Shown one piece after another: positions 46,101-61,100 of a DNA stretch of 64,000 bases (the first letter of the stretch is position 1; every line of letters starts with the position of its first letter). The notes below the pieces were generated by a model. That model ran no database searches. It had not been told where the DNA came from and was given only the letters and a program-made list of their open reading frames with translations. Source of the DNA: Amoebophrya sp. A120. Lineage: Eukaryota; Protista; Dinoflagellata. A program made the translations under genes and the position numbers. The stretch lies in the NCBI GenBank assembly GCA_905178155.1, contig CAJINV010000011.1:643982-707981 (forward strand). Direction: 5' to 3'.

Positions 46101-49100
46101 AGATCCGGAGAACTATGTTGATAACAGCGAATCTTCTTCTGCAGAGGAAGTAGAATCTGAGCAGGGATCATCTGGCTCGAGGTCCGACTCTGAACACGGT
46201 GACGAAGTAGAAAAGGAACCGAGTTCGGACGTGGAACAACATCAGGAGGGACAACACCGAGCGGACCCGCCCAGTGGGAGCGAGGATAGCAACGTCGATC
46301 AGGACCACGAACACGACTTATCGCGCGACGACGTCACCAGCCAGCACGGGGGAGGAAGCCAGGATGGGGAAAATGCCAGCAACAATTCGAGTTTTAACAC
46401 TGCAGTATCTTCTGCCTCACGCGGCTCTGACGGAGAAGGCAACGGCGCTCTTGAAAGTCGTGATCGCGAGGACGACGGTAGGAGCAACAGCCCCTCTAGT
46501 CATGGTGCCGGTGGGGGCAGCAGCAGCATCTTGGGTCGTGCAGAAGGAGGTAGTTCATCTCCGGGACTTTCGGACGGGGAAGAAGGTGAGTCTGTGGTTG
46601 TAGAGGAGGAGTCGGACCATGACGAAGAAGTGCAGCATTCTTCGGGGGAAGAAGTACTAGTTGTGTACGAGGACGACTCGTCTGGGGAAGAAGAAGATGA
46701 GTTTCTTTTTGAAGAACAAGTGCAATCGGAGGTGGAGGAAGCGCACTCGGAGGTGGAGGAAGCGCACTCGGAGGTGGAGGAAGCGCACTCGGAGGAGGAT
46801 GACGTTCTGGTACACTCAGAGGAGGAGGGGGAGGAAATCGTTCACTCAGATGAAGAACAGGAAGCGCAAGTAGAATCAGAGGAGGAAGTGCTGCATGAGG
46901 TTGACAACCACGTCGGAATCATCATGAGTCCGCATGCTTCTTCTAGCGCTGGTGCCTCCGCTCCTGTAGGTCTGCTGGACGAAGGCGAGCACCATGGGGA
47001 GCTGCCTAGCATCGAAGAAGAATCCGAGGAGGAACAAGATCGTCAGAGCGTGTCGGAGGTGGCAGAAGAGGAATCAGAGGAGGACTATCGAAGGCAGATA
47101 CTATGTCATCTGGGTTCTCTGGAAGATTGCAAGACTTGTCATGCGCATTTTAGATGAGCGGTCATGTCTCCCTAGCGTGTCACAGACTTTGTGAGGGCTT
47201 TCTGATGCCTATACTGCATGAGAAATCTGCCCTCTGCGTTCTAGCAAAAACTGGACTCATCGGGCTGCCTCTCATGCATTTCAGATTTTTGAAGAATCCA
47301 AAGGCAGCTGCATGAGCATCACGAGTTGCAGTCTTTCAGACATCCAGGGATATTTGCACTCGATAAGGATGTCGTGGTTCACTCGGACGACGAGGACGTT
47401 GCGGTGCACTCCGAGGACGAGGACGTCGTAGTGCACTCAGAGGACGAGGACGTCCTGGTTCACTCGGAGGACGAGGACGTCCTGGTTCACTCGGAGGACG
47501 AGAACGTCGTGGTTCACTCGGAGGACGAGGACGTCCTGGTTCACTCGGAGGACGAGAACGTCGTGGTTCACTCGGAGGACGAGGACGTCCTGGTTCACTC
47601 CGAGGAGGAGGAGGAAATTTTTAATCACCCTGGTTCCTCCGACGTCGCCGACTCGGACGCCGACTCACCTTTGTCTTCTAATTCGGAAAGCCAAAGTAGT
47701 CCTTTATCCCGCTCGTTGGTTGACCGGCAAAATAACTTTGGTGAAGAGGATGTTTCTGTTGGCTCGAGCCAAGGGTTGATGTTCGCCGGGCACCAGGAGG
47801 GAGATCACGCCGCCGGGGTCGCCACCTCTCCGGACGAAAGTGTCAGTGTTGATGGTTCGTCACCTCGAATTGATGATATTTCAGACGAGGAAGACGAGCA
47901 TGCTATGCCGGCGGAACAAGACGTCGAGTCGGATGGGGAGAACAATCTTTTGCACGACGAGGAGGCCGCTGCAGACCATGACCACCATCTCGAAAACGGA
48001 GCAGCTACCCTTCTGCACGAACACGACGGTTCGGGTTCCGAGAACGGTTTATCCGAGGCGGGAAATCATGCGCCAGCGCACCACGGCGAACCACAAGAAC
48101 TTTCTGCCGAACTATCCCCAGAAGATGAACATCAACAACCGCAAGACGACGACGACGACGATGACAACTCACCCCTACAGCTAGGTCTGCAAACTCCGGT
48201 CGCGGCGGGCGGTCATTTGCCGCAGAGCGTCGAGCCGCAAACCCCGTCGGATGCCGAGGATTTGTTTCCAGATGCTGGTGGCGGTACTCCGAGAGGAGGA
48301 GAGGATGAGGATCTTCAAGATGAACCGATTAGCGCAGAGGAACGTAAAAATGCAGTGGAACATCAAGAGCAATCCTCAGACGATGAGCAGTTTCTCACAC
48401 CGATGGACGAGGACGATGACGGACATCTGCGGCATCTATCAACTGCAAATATGTCTGGGTCTGGAAGGTTGGAACTTATAATGCTAACTTTGGAGTCTAA
48501 AAAACTCTGTAGTGCATGAGCAGCAAGAGGAGTCTAGGTTGTGCTAAGCGGGGATGGCATTTGTCATGCGGAGTAGGCATCAGGAGGCCCTCTATAAATC
48601 TGTGATGCTGGGTCGTGCATTACAGACATCCTGGGTCAAGCAAAATATGCATGACAAACCCGGCAACATTCCAGACCCAGAGACATTTGCATGTGATGGC
48701 ATCTGGATGACGACGATTCATCTCCACGGAGTGCGGGCATGAAGCAAACTCCGAATGAAAGAAGCAGAAGCCCGAGGACTTCCGATTCTTTGTTGAGTGA
48801 AGTACTAGCAGGAGATCATGCTCCCCCTGCCCAGGGTCATCAGCTTTCTGCCGAACAAGCAGGTGCAGTTCTCTCTGATGAAATCGAAATGCAGTCCGAT
48901 CTTTCCTCCGAAGAAGTTGGCGAACAACCTCTGAGTGAACGAAACTTCTACGCAGATGAAGTAGAGCAAAATCTGTCTGATGTAATTTCGGATGGTGCTT
49001 TTGAAAATCCGAATGCGGACCACGACCATGAATTTTTGGTGTCTGACGGAGATGAAGATGAAGTTCCTGCTGCACAACTACACGGCGCCGACGATGAGGA

Positions 49101-52100
49101 TGAGGTCGCGGAAGCGGATAAAGACGTCGATCTTGATGTCGATGGTCCTGTACATCTTCACACTGGAGAAGATGAAGAACAACAAGATGAGGTGGAAAAC
49201 AATAACAGCTCCTCCGGCGCGGCGGTTCTTGCAGAGGGGAAAGAGATTGCGGTTGCAGTAGATGAACAGCAGGAACAGGCGTTCCACGACCTTCCCGAAT
49301 ACGATCCCGAGGTGGAGGAGGCTGGTCTGGAGGAGGGGATATTATACAACCACGCGGTGGACGAAGAAGCAGCGCAGGATCAAGCAGATGAACAAGGTGA
49401 AGAGCAGGAGCAATCTGAGGACAATGCTGAAGAACAAGCTGACGGTGACGACGCCGCAGAGTGTATCCTGAGTAAAAACGTCCCAACCCATAGTTGCCAT
49501 GCAGATTTGCGATTACAGGAAGATTTGTAATGCGCATCTCCATGAGAGGCGTTTCCATTCGCGTTTTGGAATTTGTAATGCTGTAAACGGGATGAGCAGA
49601 TGGATTTGTGATGCGGCTGCACATGCTAAACTGCACTACACTACGGACTGAAATTTGTCATGCGTTGCTCCCAAAGCTTCTGGGTTTGTGTTGCTAAGTT
49701 TCCAACTTGACTATGGGGTGGGGACGTTTTTACATATGATAGAGTGCGACTCGGAGATCGAGGACGAGCACACCAGGTTGGTCGGGAAAGTTTTGGATTT
49801 TGAGGAAGCTGCAGTATCAAATGCAAAAATGTCTGGGTCTGGGAAAATGCAACTTGTGATGCTGCATTTGGATGTCTAAAAAATTTGTGTTGCATGAGCA
49901 GCAAAAGGAATCGAATTTTTGCTAAGCGGAGAGGGTATTTGTCATGCGGAATAGGGATCAAGAGCCCCTTTTTGAAAAAATTGTGATGCTAGGGCATGCA
50001 TTTGCATCACAGACGTCATGGCCCATGCAGACCGTGCATGACAAGTCTCAGAATCTTCCAGACCCAGACATTTTTGCATTTGATATGCAGTAGACGTTGT
50101 CAATGTTCACACGAGTAAACAAGACCAGGCTGTTGTTGATCCTAAAATGAAGAAAGAAACAAAGAGTTCATCTTCCGGCGCTGGTGAAAAAGCTCTTTCT
50201 GGGGGCGACGTGGTGAAAAAAGCCGATGGCGATCTTGATGATTTGCTGATGGTGGACCAAAACGACGAAGCTGCTGTGCCGGATAGTACTTCTGTCGCTG
50301 CTGCAGCACTAGCTCCTGCTCCACCCGGTGGTTGTGCTGAAGAACCCGATGAGAATGGGGAAGCGGACGAACAGGCAGGAGCATTACAGGCAAAGGATGA
50401 GAAAGTAGTTGAGGATGCGGTTGAACAAGCAGACTGGGTGGATGATGAGGAGCAATACGAAGAAGAAGCCGGGGACGGCTGGTACTACGAAGACGAGGAA
50501 GAAGAAGAAGAGGAGGAGGAGGAGGAAGGTATCCGGAGCAGAAACTACTCCGTCCCCACGGCCCGCCCAGAGTTGTCTTGCAGATTTGCAATTTTTACAG
50601 GAAGGTTTGCAATGTGCATCCCCATGAAAGGCATTCTTAGTCATGTCTCGCCACTTGTCAGACTGTAAACAGGATAAGCTGATGCATTTTTGATCATGCG
50701 GCTGTCCTTTCTTTAACCTGCATTACGCTACGGATACAAACTTGTCTATGCGTGACCTTCAAAACTTCCGGATTTGTGTAGCGTACTAACTTTCCAACCT
50801 GACTTTGTTAAGGTGTCGTGGGCCCCGTTTTTACTCAGGACAGTCTACTACGAAGAAGAAGAGGAGGAGGAAGAATCTTCTTACGACCTTTCTTACCACA
50901 TCGACGACGACTTCTCCCCGCTGATGTTTGGCCACGAACAGAACCGCATTGCCATGGGGGTGCCGCCGCGGGAACATCATCCCAGCCTCGAGACGTTTGG
51001 CGCTTCTTGTCGTTACCCATTCGGCCGCATTTCCGACCGTCCGAGCACGTTGTTGCAAAGAGGAACAAATTTCATCCACAGTAGCTCCGGGCCGGTCACG
51101 GCGAGTGTGAAAGGCGAAGAACGGAAGAACAAGTATGGTATTCCGTTTGACGGCGAGGTAGAACATCCAGAACCTCCCCCTCATCGGGTGGACAAAAAGA
51201 AGAAGACCAAAAGTAGCGACTACAAACCCTGTCCACTGCTTGTTGGCTCGGAGCAGAAAAATGTCGAAAACCTGTTCAACGCCGCGGGGTCCAAGAAGGC
51301 GAGTCCGGTGAGCTCGCCGAAAGAAGTTAATACCGGTTTGACACCGAAAACCGGTCTGACGCCGAAGAGTGTGGGCGGTAAGATCGTTGTTGATCCGTCG
51401 GAGCAGGGGGAGAGTAGTACAGCTGTTGCAGGTGCTGGGTACAAACAGCCTCCGCCGGCACCAGGGGTTCTGGAAGCGGCCTCGAAACAAAATAGCAATT
51501 CGATCTTGGCCAAACCCAAGGGAGCGGCCATCGCGGGACCTCCACCTCCGCGCGAGGCTAGCAAATCGCAAAATAAAGTGGAAATCAACATTAAACGGGA
51601 GAACCAATTTGACCTTGACACTGCGAAAATCGCGGAACTGTCCGTCGATGCGTTGCTGGAATCCATTCCCGATAAACTACAGGAAGAACCGCTGGCCCGC
51701 GCGAAGCACGCCCAGTACTTGCTTGTGAAAAGCTTGCAATTGTTAGAGGAAATAACGGAGCAATCTTCGTACAGCGAATGCGAAAATTTACTCGAAGAGT
51801 CGGATAAACTGATGGATGTGGCGAAAAAAATGTGGGTGACTTCCATCACGAAGAACAACAAAGCCGAGGGTTCTTTGGTCGAGAATGAGAAGGACGACCC
51901 GGAACAACCCGCAGCTCCTTTTGCGAACCGCCAAGTCTGGGAAGACGCAATCCGGGAATTTCAAGTGGCGGAAGGAGAATTTCTAGTGAAAAATGCGGAA
52001 AAAATCGCGATTAGGGAGATGAAGGAGGAGCAGAAGAAGATACAAGAGAAGGAGTTGTTGAAAATTCAACACGACAACGACAAGAAGGAGGCGGAAAAGT

Positions 52101-55100
52101 TTAAGAAGCTGCAGGAAGATTTAGCCAACAGTGGGAAACAAGAACTGCTCCGGATCATCTTCGCTTCGCCCTTGAAACACGTTTATGTGCAGTCGGGCGC
52201 GTTGGAGTTGAAAAAGAACCTGGATCCAGAGACGTGGTGGGACGACAACGAAGAGATTTTGTTGAAGGTTCAAGGCGCTGCTGTGGACACTGACTGGGAG
52301 GAGGACGAGGAAGAAGCGCGTATTTTTGCCGCTGCTCGTCGGCAGAAGGGGAAAGATGCTGGTGCCGTTGTTGCCGCTGAAAAGGATTTTGCAGCTGCTC
52401 CCGATATTGACGTGGAGATGGGCGACGGGGGAGTAGGGATAGAGAACGCCAAGCAGGATGTTGAAGGGGGACAAGATGGTGCGCAAAATAGTAAATCCTC
52501 CAAGGTCGTACAAGCAGAACAGCAGCAGAAAGAACAAGCGACGAAGCAAGTGAATAAATCCCAGCAGTTGTTGAAGCCGAGCAAACGGAGCGCGGCTGAG
52601 GTGGGAGAAAATTGTACCCTCCCGCTGGATAGTACGATTTTACACGACGACTTATCCGAACCGGACCGGACGGAAGAGGATCTAGATTCTGACAGTTATG
52701 CTGAAGATCTAACCGGACGACGAAACGGCAAGAAATCTTCAGCGCTCTTTGCGGGCTTGACGCCGGTGTCAGACGGCTCTGAAGACGACACGACTTGTTC
52801 CAAGCCGCAGGACAATTCCTTCTCCACCAAGGCGCAAAGTGCGTCTTTTTCGCCCGTGGTAAAAAAGCGATCATCCCGTGGTGGCAGAAATTCAAATAAC
52901 AGACGTGGCAAGAGCTACAGAAATCTTTCCAGAGACCGACGACGCGAGAGTGACAACGCGGTGCGCCGAACGATTCAGCGAAACAACGCGCTGCACGAGA
53001 GGATGATCTCGAAAAACAGCAGCACGGTTTGCCCCGAAGAGGAGGAGTTCTTTCGTTATACTGCCAACGAAGATGAAGAAGCCACCCCAAAACTCACGAA
53101 GCGACAAAGACGGCAAAAGATCATCGACCGGCAGGTGGTGAAAACACTTCGGATTGACCTTGATTTTTCCCACCAGGGGGAAAATTTCTCGCGAAACTGC
53201 GACTGGCTGTTCAAGGGGGCGAACGGGCTTGCGAAGGCGGTTTCACGGTTGGGAGATCTTCTGCTGCAGAAGGAAAAGCGAGTGAAGGAGCGGGATGCGT
53301 ATTCGGGGTTGCCGCTGTGCCTGCACTTGAAGGATTGCTGCCTGACGCCCGGGAACTGCAGGGTGAGTAGAGTCTCAGTTTATCGATAGAGGAGTTCATC
53401 TTCGATATTTTCTGTTTCATCTTCCCTTGTGATAAGATAGTGATAATTGTTGCGTGTGGTTGTCTTCTTGTCCAAAAATGGAACATAGAATGTTGAACAA
53501 TCTCTATCACAGACCATCATCGACGCCCTGATGGAGTGCCAGGTGCAATGCCACTCGATTGACGTCAGTGAGAACGGTTTGGGCGACAAGGGTTTGGATT
53601 TGATTGTCCACTACGTCTATCAAATGCAAATACGTCTGGGTCTGGAGGAGTGCAATATTTGTGATGCAGGTTTTCCATGACCCATGAGGCCTGGCATGCA
53701 GCACCTAGCATGACAGATGCTGTGAGGTGTCTCTCATGCCTTTCCTGCATGAGAAACTTCCTGCCAACCTGGTCAAAAGCTGACATCTTCTGGTAATCAT
53801 GCAACACAAATTTTTGCATGATCCTGGCTCAGCATGACAAACTTGCATTCTTCCAGATGCAGACATATTTGCAATGCATTACGTCCAAGCGTCCCCCTAC
53901 CCCCCGGCGAAATTGGATTTGTCCGAGAATCGGGGGTCTCTAGCGACGCTCACCTACCTCCTCGCCGTGGTCGGGAAGCACCCGAAGTATCCGATCCCGG
54001 TTTGCCGACAAGCGCTCGCGACCTTCCCATCGCGGCGGCCGTTCTGGAAGCGGAGAGAGAAGGAACGCGAGCGGGAGCGGCAGTTGCGGTTTAGTCCCAA
54101 GCGCCGGATCAAGAACCGGATTCGGGAGTTTCTGAAAGCGAAAGGAAAAAATAGTAATTCCTCGCGGGCCTCGACGATGAACAAGATGGAACCACTTTTT
54201 TCGAAAAAAGGTTCATCTTTATCGGACACCAATTCCGAAGACGATGACCGGTCCGAGGTAGAGGAGGAAATGCAGATTACCTGGCAACCCCTCGACCTCC
54301 GGTTCAAGAACAACATGAACATCGACCGAACCGGGCTTCAGCGGGCGGAGATTGCGTGCGTGAAATCGGCGATTTCCGAGGAATTTGGCGTGGAGCTGGA
54401 CAAGATTGCGTTTGCGTGCAAAAAGGAGGTTTTGGAAGAGTTTTGGGGAGTGAGTGACGGTTTTTCATCGTCTTCTTCTTCTTCTTCTACTTCCTCCGGC
54501 AAGAACATCTTCACGACAGCTGCTGTCCACGAACTTGACCGCGACGTGGCGGAGCAAATGTTGAACACGTTGAACCCGATGGAAAAGCCGTTCCACAATT
54601 ACGTTTTGGATTTAACCAGCAACACCCCAGTCCCGCGTTTATCAGACACGGCGCAGACAACAGCCACGATCGGCGTGAAATTTTGGCAACAGAAGTTGCA
54701 ACAACTCCACTGCTCCCCGGCCTACCAGCTCGCGGAGTATCTGCGCGCGATCAATTTGTGTGTGTGCAATTGGATGCATTTAGACAGTCAGGAGAAATTG
54801 GTGAAGAAGAGCAAGATCGATTTGTACGAGGAAAAACGTAGTTGTACTAGCAAAAATGGTTTTATTTCCTCCACCTCCGCCTGTTTCTACAAGGAGCGGC
54901 AGCAGAAATCGACGGTCGGGATTTCGATGGACAACCCTTTTCTCTTCGACTCTACCGACTACCACATTTGGAACCACATGGTCGACGCCATGGAGCCGCA
55001 GTCCTACTACGACACCTTCATCCGCGGGCCCGACAAATTTCCCGAATCGTTTCAGGCCCGGGTGGCGGGCGTCAAGGGACTGATGGCTGGTGGTACCACC

Positions 55101-58100
55101 CCGGAGTTGCAGCACCAGCCGGGGGTCAATCTTCGTGGTGAGGAAAGTTTGGAAGAGGAAACGACAGCTAGCGAGGGTGAAGGAGATGGAGATGAAAATG
55201 CGGTAGTGAAAATCAAATCTGCCAATTGTAATTTTGCAATTTCGAAATCGAAGACAAAATCGGAAACCAATGAACCTTTCGACCCTGTCAGCAAGGCAAT
55301 TGAAGTGGTGAAAGCAGTGGAGGCCATGGTGGAAACCGCGAGTTTGACGAAGACTGCGATCAAGCAGGAAGACGCTGTGGCGGTTCTGGGGAAATTGTTT
55401 TCATTCGAAGAGGCACTCTACGCCGAAAAGTGGTCCACAGGAGCAGGAGGAAAACAACAGCATAATGCCACGACTTCTACTACCGCCGTAGTGCCAAAAC
55501 AACAAACGGGGAGTACAACGTCGCAACAACAGCATCTTTGGTGGGACCCGCAGCGGCTGCTGATTGAGTCGAGCGTCTGCGCTCCTCTAGCTACCACTTT
55601 CGACGCAGTGCCGAATCTGTTGTGTGACAGTTTGAAGGACGAAAGAACGGAGCTTGGTTACTACACGACGACGGATGGTGTGATTGTGCACGACGAATTG
55701 GCAGTGAAGTGCGAGGCGAAGCAGTTCTGCTTTCCGTCAGTGCGACGGACGGACAGATCCGGAAAAGAACTCGCCGTCTCCGACGACCGAGTTGTTGAAA
55801 ATCAGAGTTGTACCTCTCTGTCCACGAACTTGATCCCGCTAGATTTAGACTTCGAATCCAAAATCCTCCAACAAAAGCAGATTCGGCTGCGTCCGAAGTC
55901 GAACGACCCGTTCCGCGACCACTTCAAGAAACTGCTGGAAAACACGACGCCTAACATGGAAACGCTGCGCCGGTTTTTCCGCGCGGTCGACATAGCGGAC
56001 GATCGGGTGAAGGTGCCGGAGGAGCGGAGGGTGGGGTGTTTGGACGACCGGACGATGACCGAGGTGTTAGAGTCGCAACTGTACCAGCAGGCGCCTCAGC
56101 ACTGGCTGCAGATGGCGCACGTGTTTTACTGGACCGTGGAGAAGTGCATCTCCCCGATCCTCCCGCCCACCCACAAGGACATCTTCTGGCTGTTCGCGCA
56201 CAAGTACCTGATCAAAGATTTCCAGTCCTGGATGCCGGCGCTGATCGTGGACCCGGCCTTATTGCCCGCAGACTTCTGGCTTTTCGACACGAACGACGAC
56301 GTGGAGCGCCACGCGGAATTCGTTCTAGAGAACTTGCGGGAAGGGTGTTCATCTGGGCGGAATAGTAGTACAACCGGACTGCAATCCTTCTTCAACGGAC
56401 TCTGTGGGGGAGAAGAAATCAGTGCTTTTGAGGAAGAAGATGCTGAGTTGTCTAGTACTTCGGGACTACAGGAAATGGATCTGGATGTCGAAGATCAAGA
56501 AGACGGCTACACGAACTTCCTCGCTACGAAACTGCATTTCAGCGATTTCTTACCGCCGAGTGGCAAGAGCACGACGACGACGACCCAAGAAGAAGACAGC
56601 AGTCACGACCTTGCACCAAAAGTTGAAACAGAAAATTCTGAAGCTATTGACGGTTTCTACGATGTTACCAGTAGCCTGGCGAAGAAGGAACTCGGGTGGC
56701 ATCAAATCAACTACTCCGGGACAGCCTCCTCATCCGAAAGCGTCCGCATCGAGCACCCGAGACTGAAGCGTCGGTGTGGAGCCGTGAAAGACACAAAATA
56801 CGCGAACAACAACACGGAACCCGGGGTGCTGCTGCAAGCGTCCAAAGAGGAACAGAACTCTCGTAGAGAGAAAACGGAATTCCACCTTCAGTCCTTCAAC
56901 CAGTTTTTACTCAACATTTTCGAGCCCGTCTACCAGCAGAAGTGGTGTCGGAAACAGAAAAAGGGGGGCCTTCAGCGCTGGACCACGCACCAAGGGTTGG
57001 ACTTGATGCTCAATCACAAGGCGGAGAAATTCGTCGATACGCACGACCCCAATCGGATTTTGGACGAGAAAGCGTACGAAGGGCATTTTGTACAGGATGC
57101 CGGGTCGGGGAAGGCGAGGAATTTGCTGTTTCCCGAAGAGTTTGCAGCTAAAAGAGCAGCCGTTGCTAGCAGTCGCGATGTTGCAGCTGGTGCACAACAG
57201 CAGGGAATGTTAAATGTCAAAAAAATGAAAGCCAAACAGACTACGAAGCCATTGCCTCCGATACCGGAATCCGTTAAGATTCTGTCCAAGTCCGACATCA
57301 TTCCGGCTATCCTGGTCGAGCGGGAAGCTTTTCTCATCGAGAAACGGTTGGAATCCGTTGCGAAGCTGTGGAGCGAGAAGCATGACGTGCGGTTGGAACT
57401 GTGGAAGCTGCTACAAGCGGGGCGGAGTTTGTGGAGGGAAAAAAAGCAGGAAATGAAGCTCTTCACGCAGTTCGACAATTGCGCAAGCGAGCAGGAGAAA
57501 GAAAAGGATCAAAAGGAAGCAAAGTGGAAGGAAGGCGTGAAAACAAGCAGTTCTAACCACAACCGCGCTACCACAAAAAATGATAAAGTCACTGGAGGTG
57601 CTGGTGCTGCGGTCGCGTCGACAGCGAAAGGCAACGGACAGAGGCAAAAAAGATCCTCTCCTTACAAGAGCAAAATGAACCCGCCGAAAATTCTTGGAGT
57701 GCAGAAAAACGGGATGAAAGAGAAGATGACGGGGAACAACATAACCACTTCAAGCCACGGCAAGAATCAAGCGTGGAAAAAGGTTTTCGAGCAGGAACAA
57801 ACGGAGTGCGAGCGACAAATCAATCTGCTGTGCAAAAAGTTTCTCGAGCATTGGTTCTTTGGAGAAAAATTTCTGAAGGAGGTTGGGAATAGATTCGGGA
57901 AGAAGAGGCCAAAGGCGGTCAACAATATCAAGGCATTTGCGTCCATTGTTGCAGGCGTTGTTGAAAACAAGCTTCCTGCCCTGCCAGAGGAGGAAGCCGA
58001 CGAGGTGGAGCAGCAGGTATGGTTTTTGTGAGACTGGGTTTGTGTTTTTTGTTTTTGTCTAAATTCTAGAACGTCGACTTACTTCTTGTTCTTTGTTCTT

Positions 58101-61100
58101 GCTTGATCTTTTTCCTTTTCACATGTAGACGCATAGTTTTGGTATTGGTACAAATAATCCACATGAAAATTTTTGCATATTACTCATGTGACCAGAAAAC
58201 CTTTCCACAGCACTCCGGCATCGACTACGACGAGATCCAGACGAGTTTTGACCATTTAAAAGCGGAGCTATTCGCCGTCTCGAGACTCGCGGAAGTTGAG
58301 ACAAATGGATTTCCAAGTGCGGCAAGCAGTGCGGAAAACAAAGATGACACGGAAATAAAGCTTCTCGCCAACGCCGCGGAGGTTTGCCTTATGGAATTAA
58401 CAACCGTGAAAACCGTACCAGAGCAGCTGTTTGACTGGTTGCAGTGGAAGAACAAAAGAGCTAGAGAGGCGGACGCGGAGGTGGAAAAACAGGCCGCCTC
58501 TCCTAGCGCTGATGTTCTACTTCCGGGGGATAATTTAGTAGGAAAAGGAGATGCAGATCATGATATTGACGAAGCTGCAGAACATGTGAACGCGAAGAAA
58601 CGCAAAGTCGATATCGTCAGCAATAAACCCGAAGATGCCCAACATGCTATTTCATCTTCTTCTTCCTCTGCTTCCCCCTGCACTTCTCTTGGCGGCAACG
58701 AGGTTGCGTTTGGCTATGAGTCTCTCATCAGTTTCCTGCTGCTCACAGTCTGGGATCAGAAAAAGAGTACATCAGCAAATGGTTACGATACGAGTGCATC
58801 TTCACTTTATTTTACGAACTGCAAGAAGAGAACAACCGGGTCTTGTTCTTTATCCTTGAAGCAAAAACTAGCGACCAAAATCCTCTCGTTGTTGGAGCGC
58901 GTGGAGCACGATCTTCAGGTTAACACGCTCAGCAGCGGGGAAGATGCCCTTAACGAAGAGGAAGTATTGACCGCCGTCACCGGCTTTGTCACCGACGCCA
59001 CCGCCGATTTCCACGAAATGCGGCAAAAGACCCATTGCGTACATCATCTGCGTGCATTGCAGAACGACGACCTTGAAAAGCTGTACGGCATCGATCCGGA
59101 AAACATTTCGGACCACGCGGCATTACAACCGGAGATAGGCGATCGACTGGGCGTTTACACGCAGATGATTTCGCGCTTGCTAAACGCGATGTTCTTCTAC
59201 GACATGCTCTCGCAGAAAAACAAACGGGCGTTAGAAGAACAATTGGAAAAAAACAACAAGAACTTATTTCGGGAAGGTCTTGTAGTTTTTCCTATCAGCG
59301 ATTTCGAGCGCACGCTGGGACGAAAGGGGCCTGGAGATAGTAAAAATTGCGAGCACGACACAGAAAAATTTTCCGAAGAAGACGCGATAGCGTACATCAA
59401 GTTGGAGATGGAAGCGCAGCAGATAGTTCATCATCATCTTCGTGGAAAAGAAGATTCTGTTGGCGAGAAAGAAGAGCATGACTCTGCTTCTGCTTCTGCG
59501 CGTGCTCTCGTCGGCGATGACGTCGAACTCACCGCAGCTTTGACCGCCCAAATCCTGAAGTTCTTCCCCGACGCGGATTTGGAAGTGAAAGACCGCCGGT
59601 TCGCTTTCGCGAAATCCTTCCACGACGTCCTGGTATCGACCATCGACCGCCCGACGGGGCAGCACGCGTGGTTGTGCCGGAGTGAAAACAAGAAACCTAC
59701 CACCGTGTTGCGGGAAATTATTCGCATTCGGAAATTTTTAGCGTCCGAGACTTTGAAGAAACTCGACAGTTTTCTACCAACTGTTGCGTTCGAATACAAC
59801 AAGGTCCGGAAGGACGAGGAGCTGCTGTTCGACTACGAGGCGGTCCGGCTGCAGAAGAAATTATTGCAGATTAAAAAAGCGGTCGCGGCCGCTGGAGTGT
59901 CCGATTTACACCGCACCCACTACGGGAGTTACGAGTTCGCGTGGAAGTTTCTCTTAGCTCCTCACCTGATCAGCGATGCGAAACGGTGGGAGGAAATTCA
60001 TAGTGTCGGGAAACAGCTGCTGAATGGATTGTCGGTTTTACAGTGCGACCCGGATTACTGCCTGTGGTTCCAACCTCTGGTGTACGAACTAGCGGAGATC
60101 ATGCAGGCGGCGGAGAAAAAGAATAAGAAACGCGGGAAGACTTATTTCCAGTGCGATGAAAATTTGCAGTTTCACGTCGAGGGCGATGAAGAAAATGAAA
60201 ACCTGTTGGGCGAAAATAAGGAGGAGAACTACACGATGAAACCGCAAGCAGGACGTCGACCCGTAACACGAACTCTTACTCCATTCGAGAAGTTTCTTGC
60301 CATGGAAAAAATCGAAATCGGAGAAGGCATCCATTGTAGTACGACCAGCGGCGAAGGATCCAGTGTAATATCCTCGGGAACCACAGCCTTTGCGGTCTTG
60401 CGGCGAGAGGAAGATGGGAATGGTGGTGAGAACAAGCTCAAGCGAGCGTCAAAGAAAAATTCTTCTTCTTGCACTACCACCACGACCGGTAGAAGAAGTT
60501 CGTCAAATTATTTCGAATACCGCGCGTTCACACCCTCCACTTTCGAAGGTTTCTATTCGGAGGAAACAAGCTCCTTTCGCACCACGCCACTTTTGACCGA
60601 CCACGGGAAGACGGTCGCGTTCACAACGCAGAAGGTTTTTGACACGTTTTCGGAGACGTACGGGATTTCCAAATGGGGGTTGCAGAAGTTTTCCGGATTA
60701 TTGAATTACGAACCGCGAGCGGTGGTTCTACTCTCCTACTTGAAGTATCAAATGCAAAAATGTCTGGGCCTGGAAACTTGTGATGCTGGGTGGCGTATCA
60801 TGAGGAGGCCGCAAGTGCTGGCTCAGCATGACAAGTTTTTGAGCTTCTACGTGTTGCCTATTCTGCATGACAAACTGCGTTTCTGCATGACAGAAAAATG
60901 GCGCTCTTGGGTGACGTGCATGACAGATTTGAGAGTCATGCCAGACAAGCATTACAACCACGCACTTTTCCAGACGCAGACACTTTTACATTTGATACGA
61001 AGTGGCAGCTCGGGTTTGAGGAGAAGGAAATTTCCGAGATGGTCTCGCAATTCTCGGAATATGCAAAGAAAAAAGTGTTACAGTTACACATTGTGATGCA

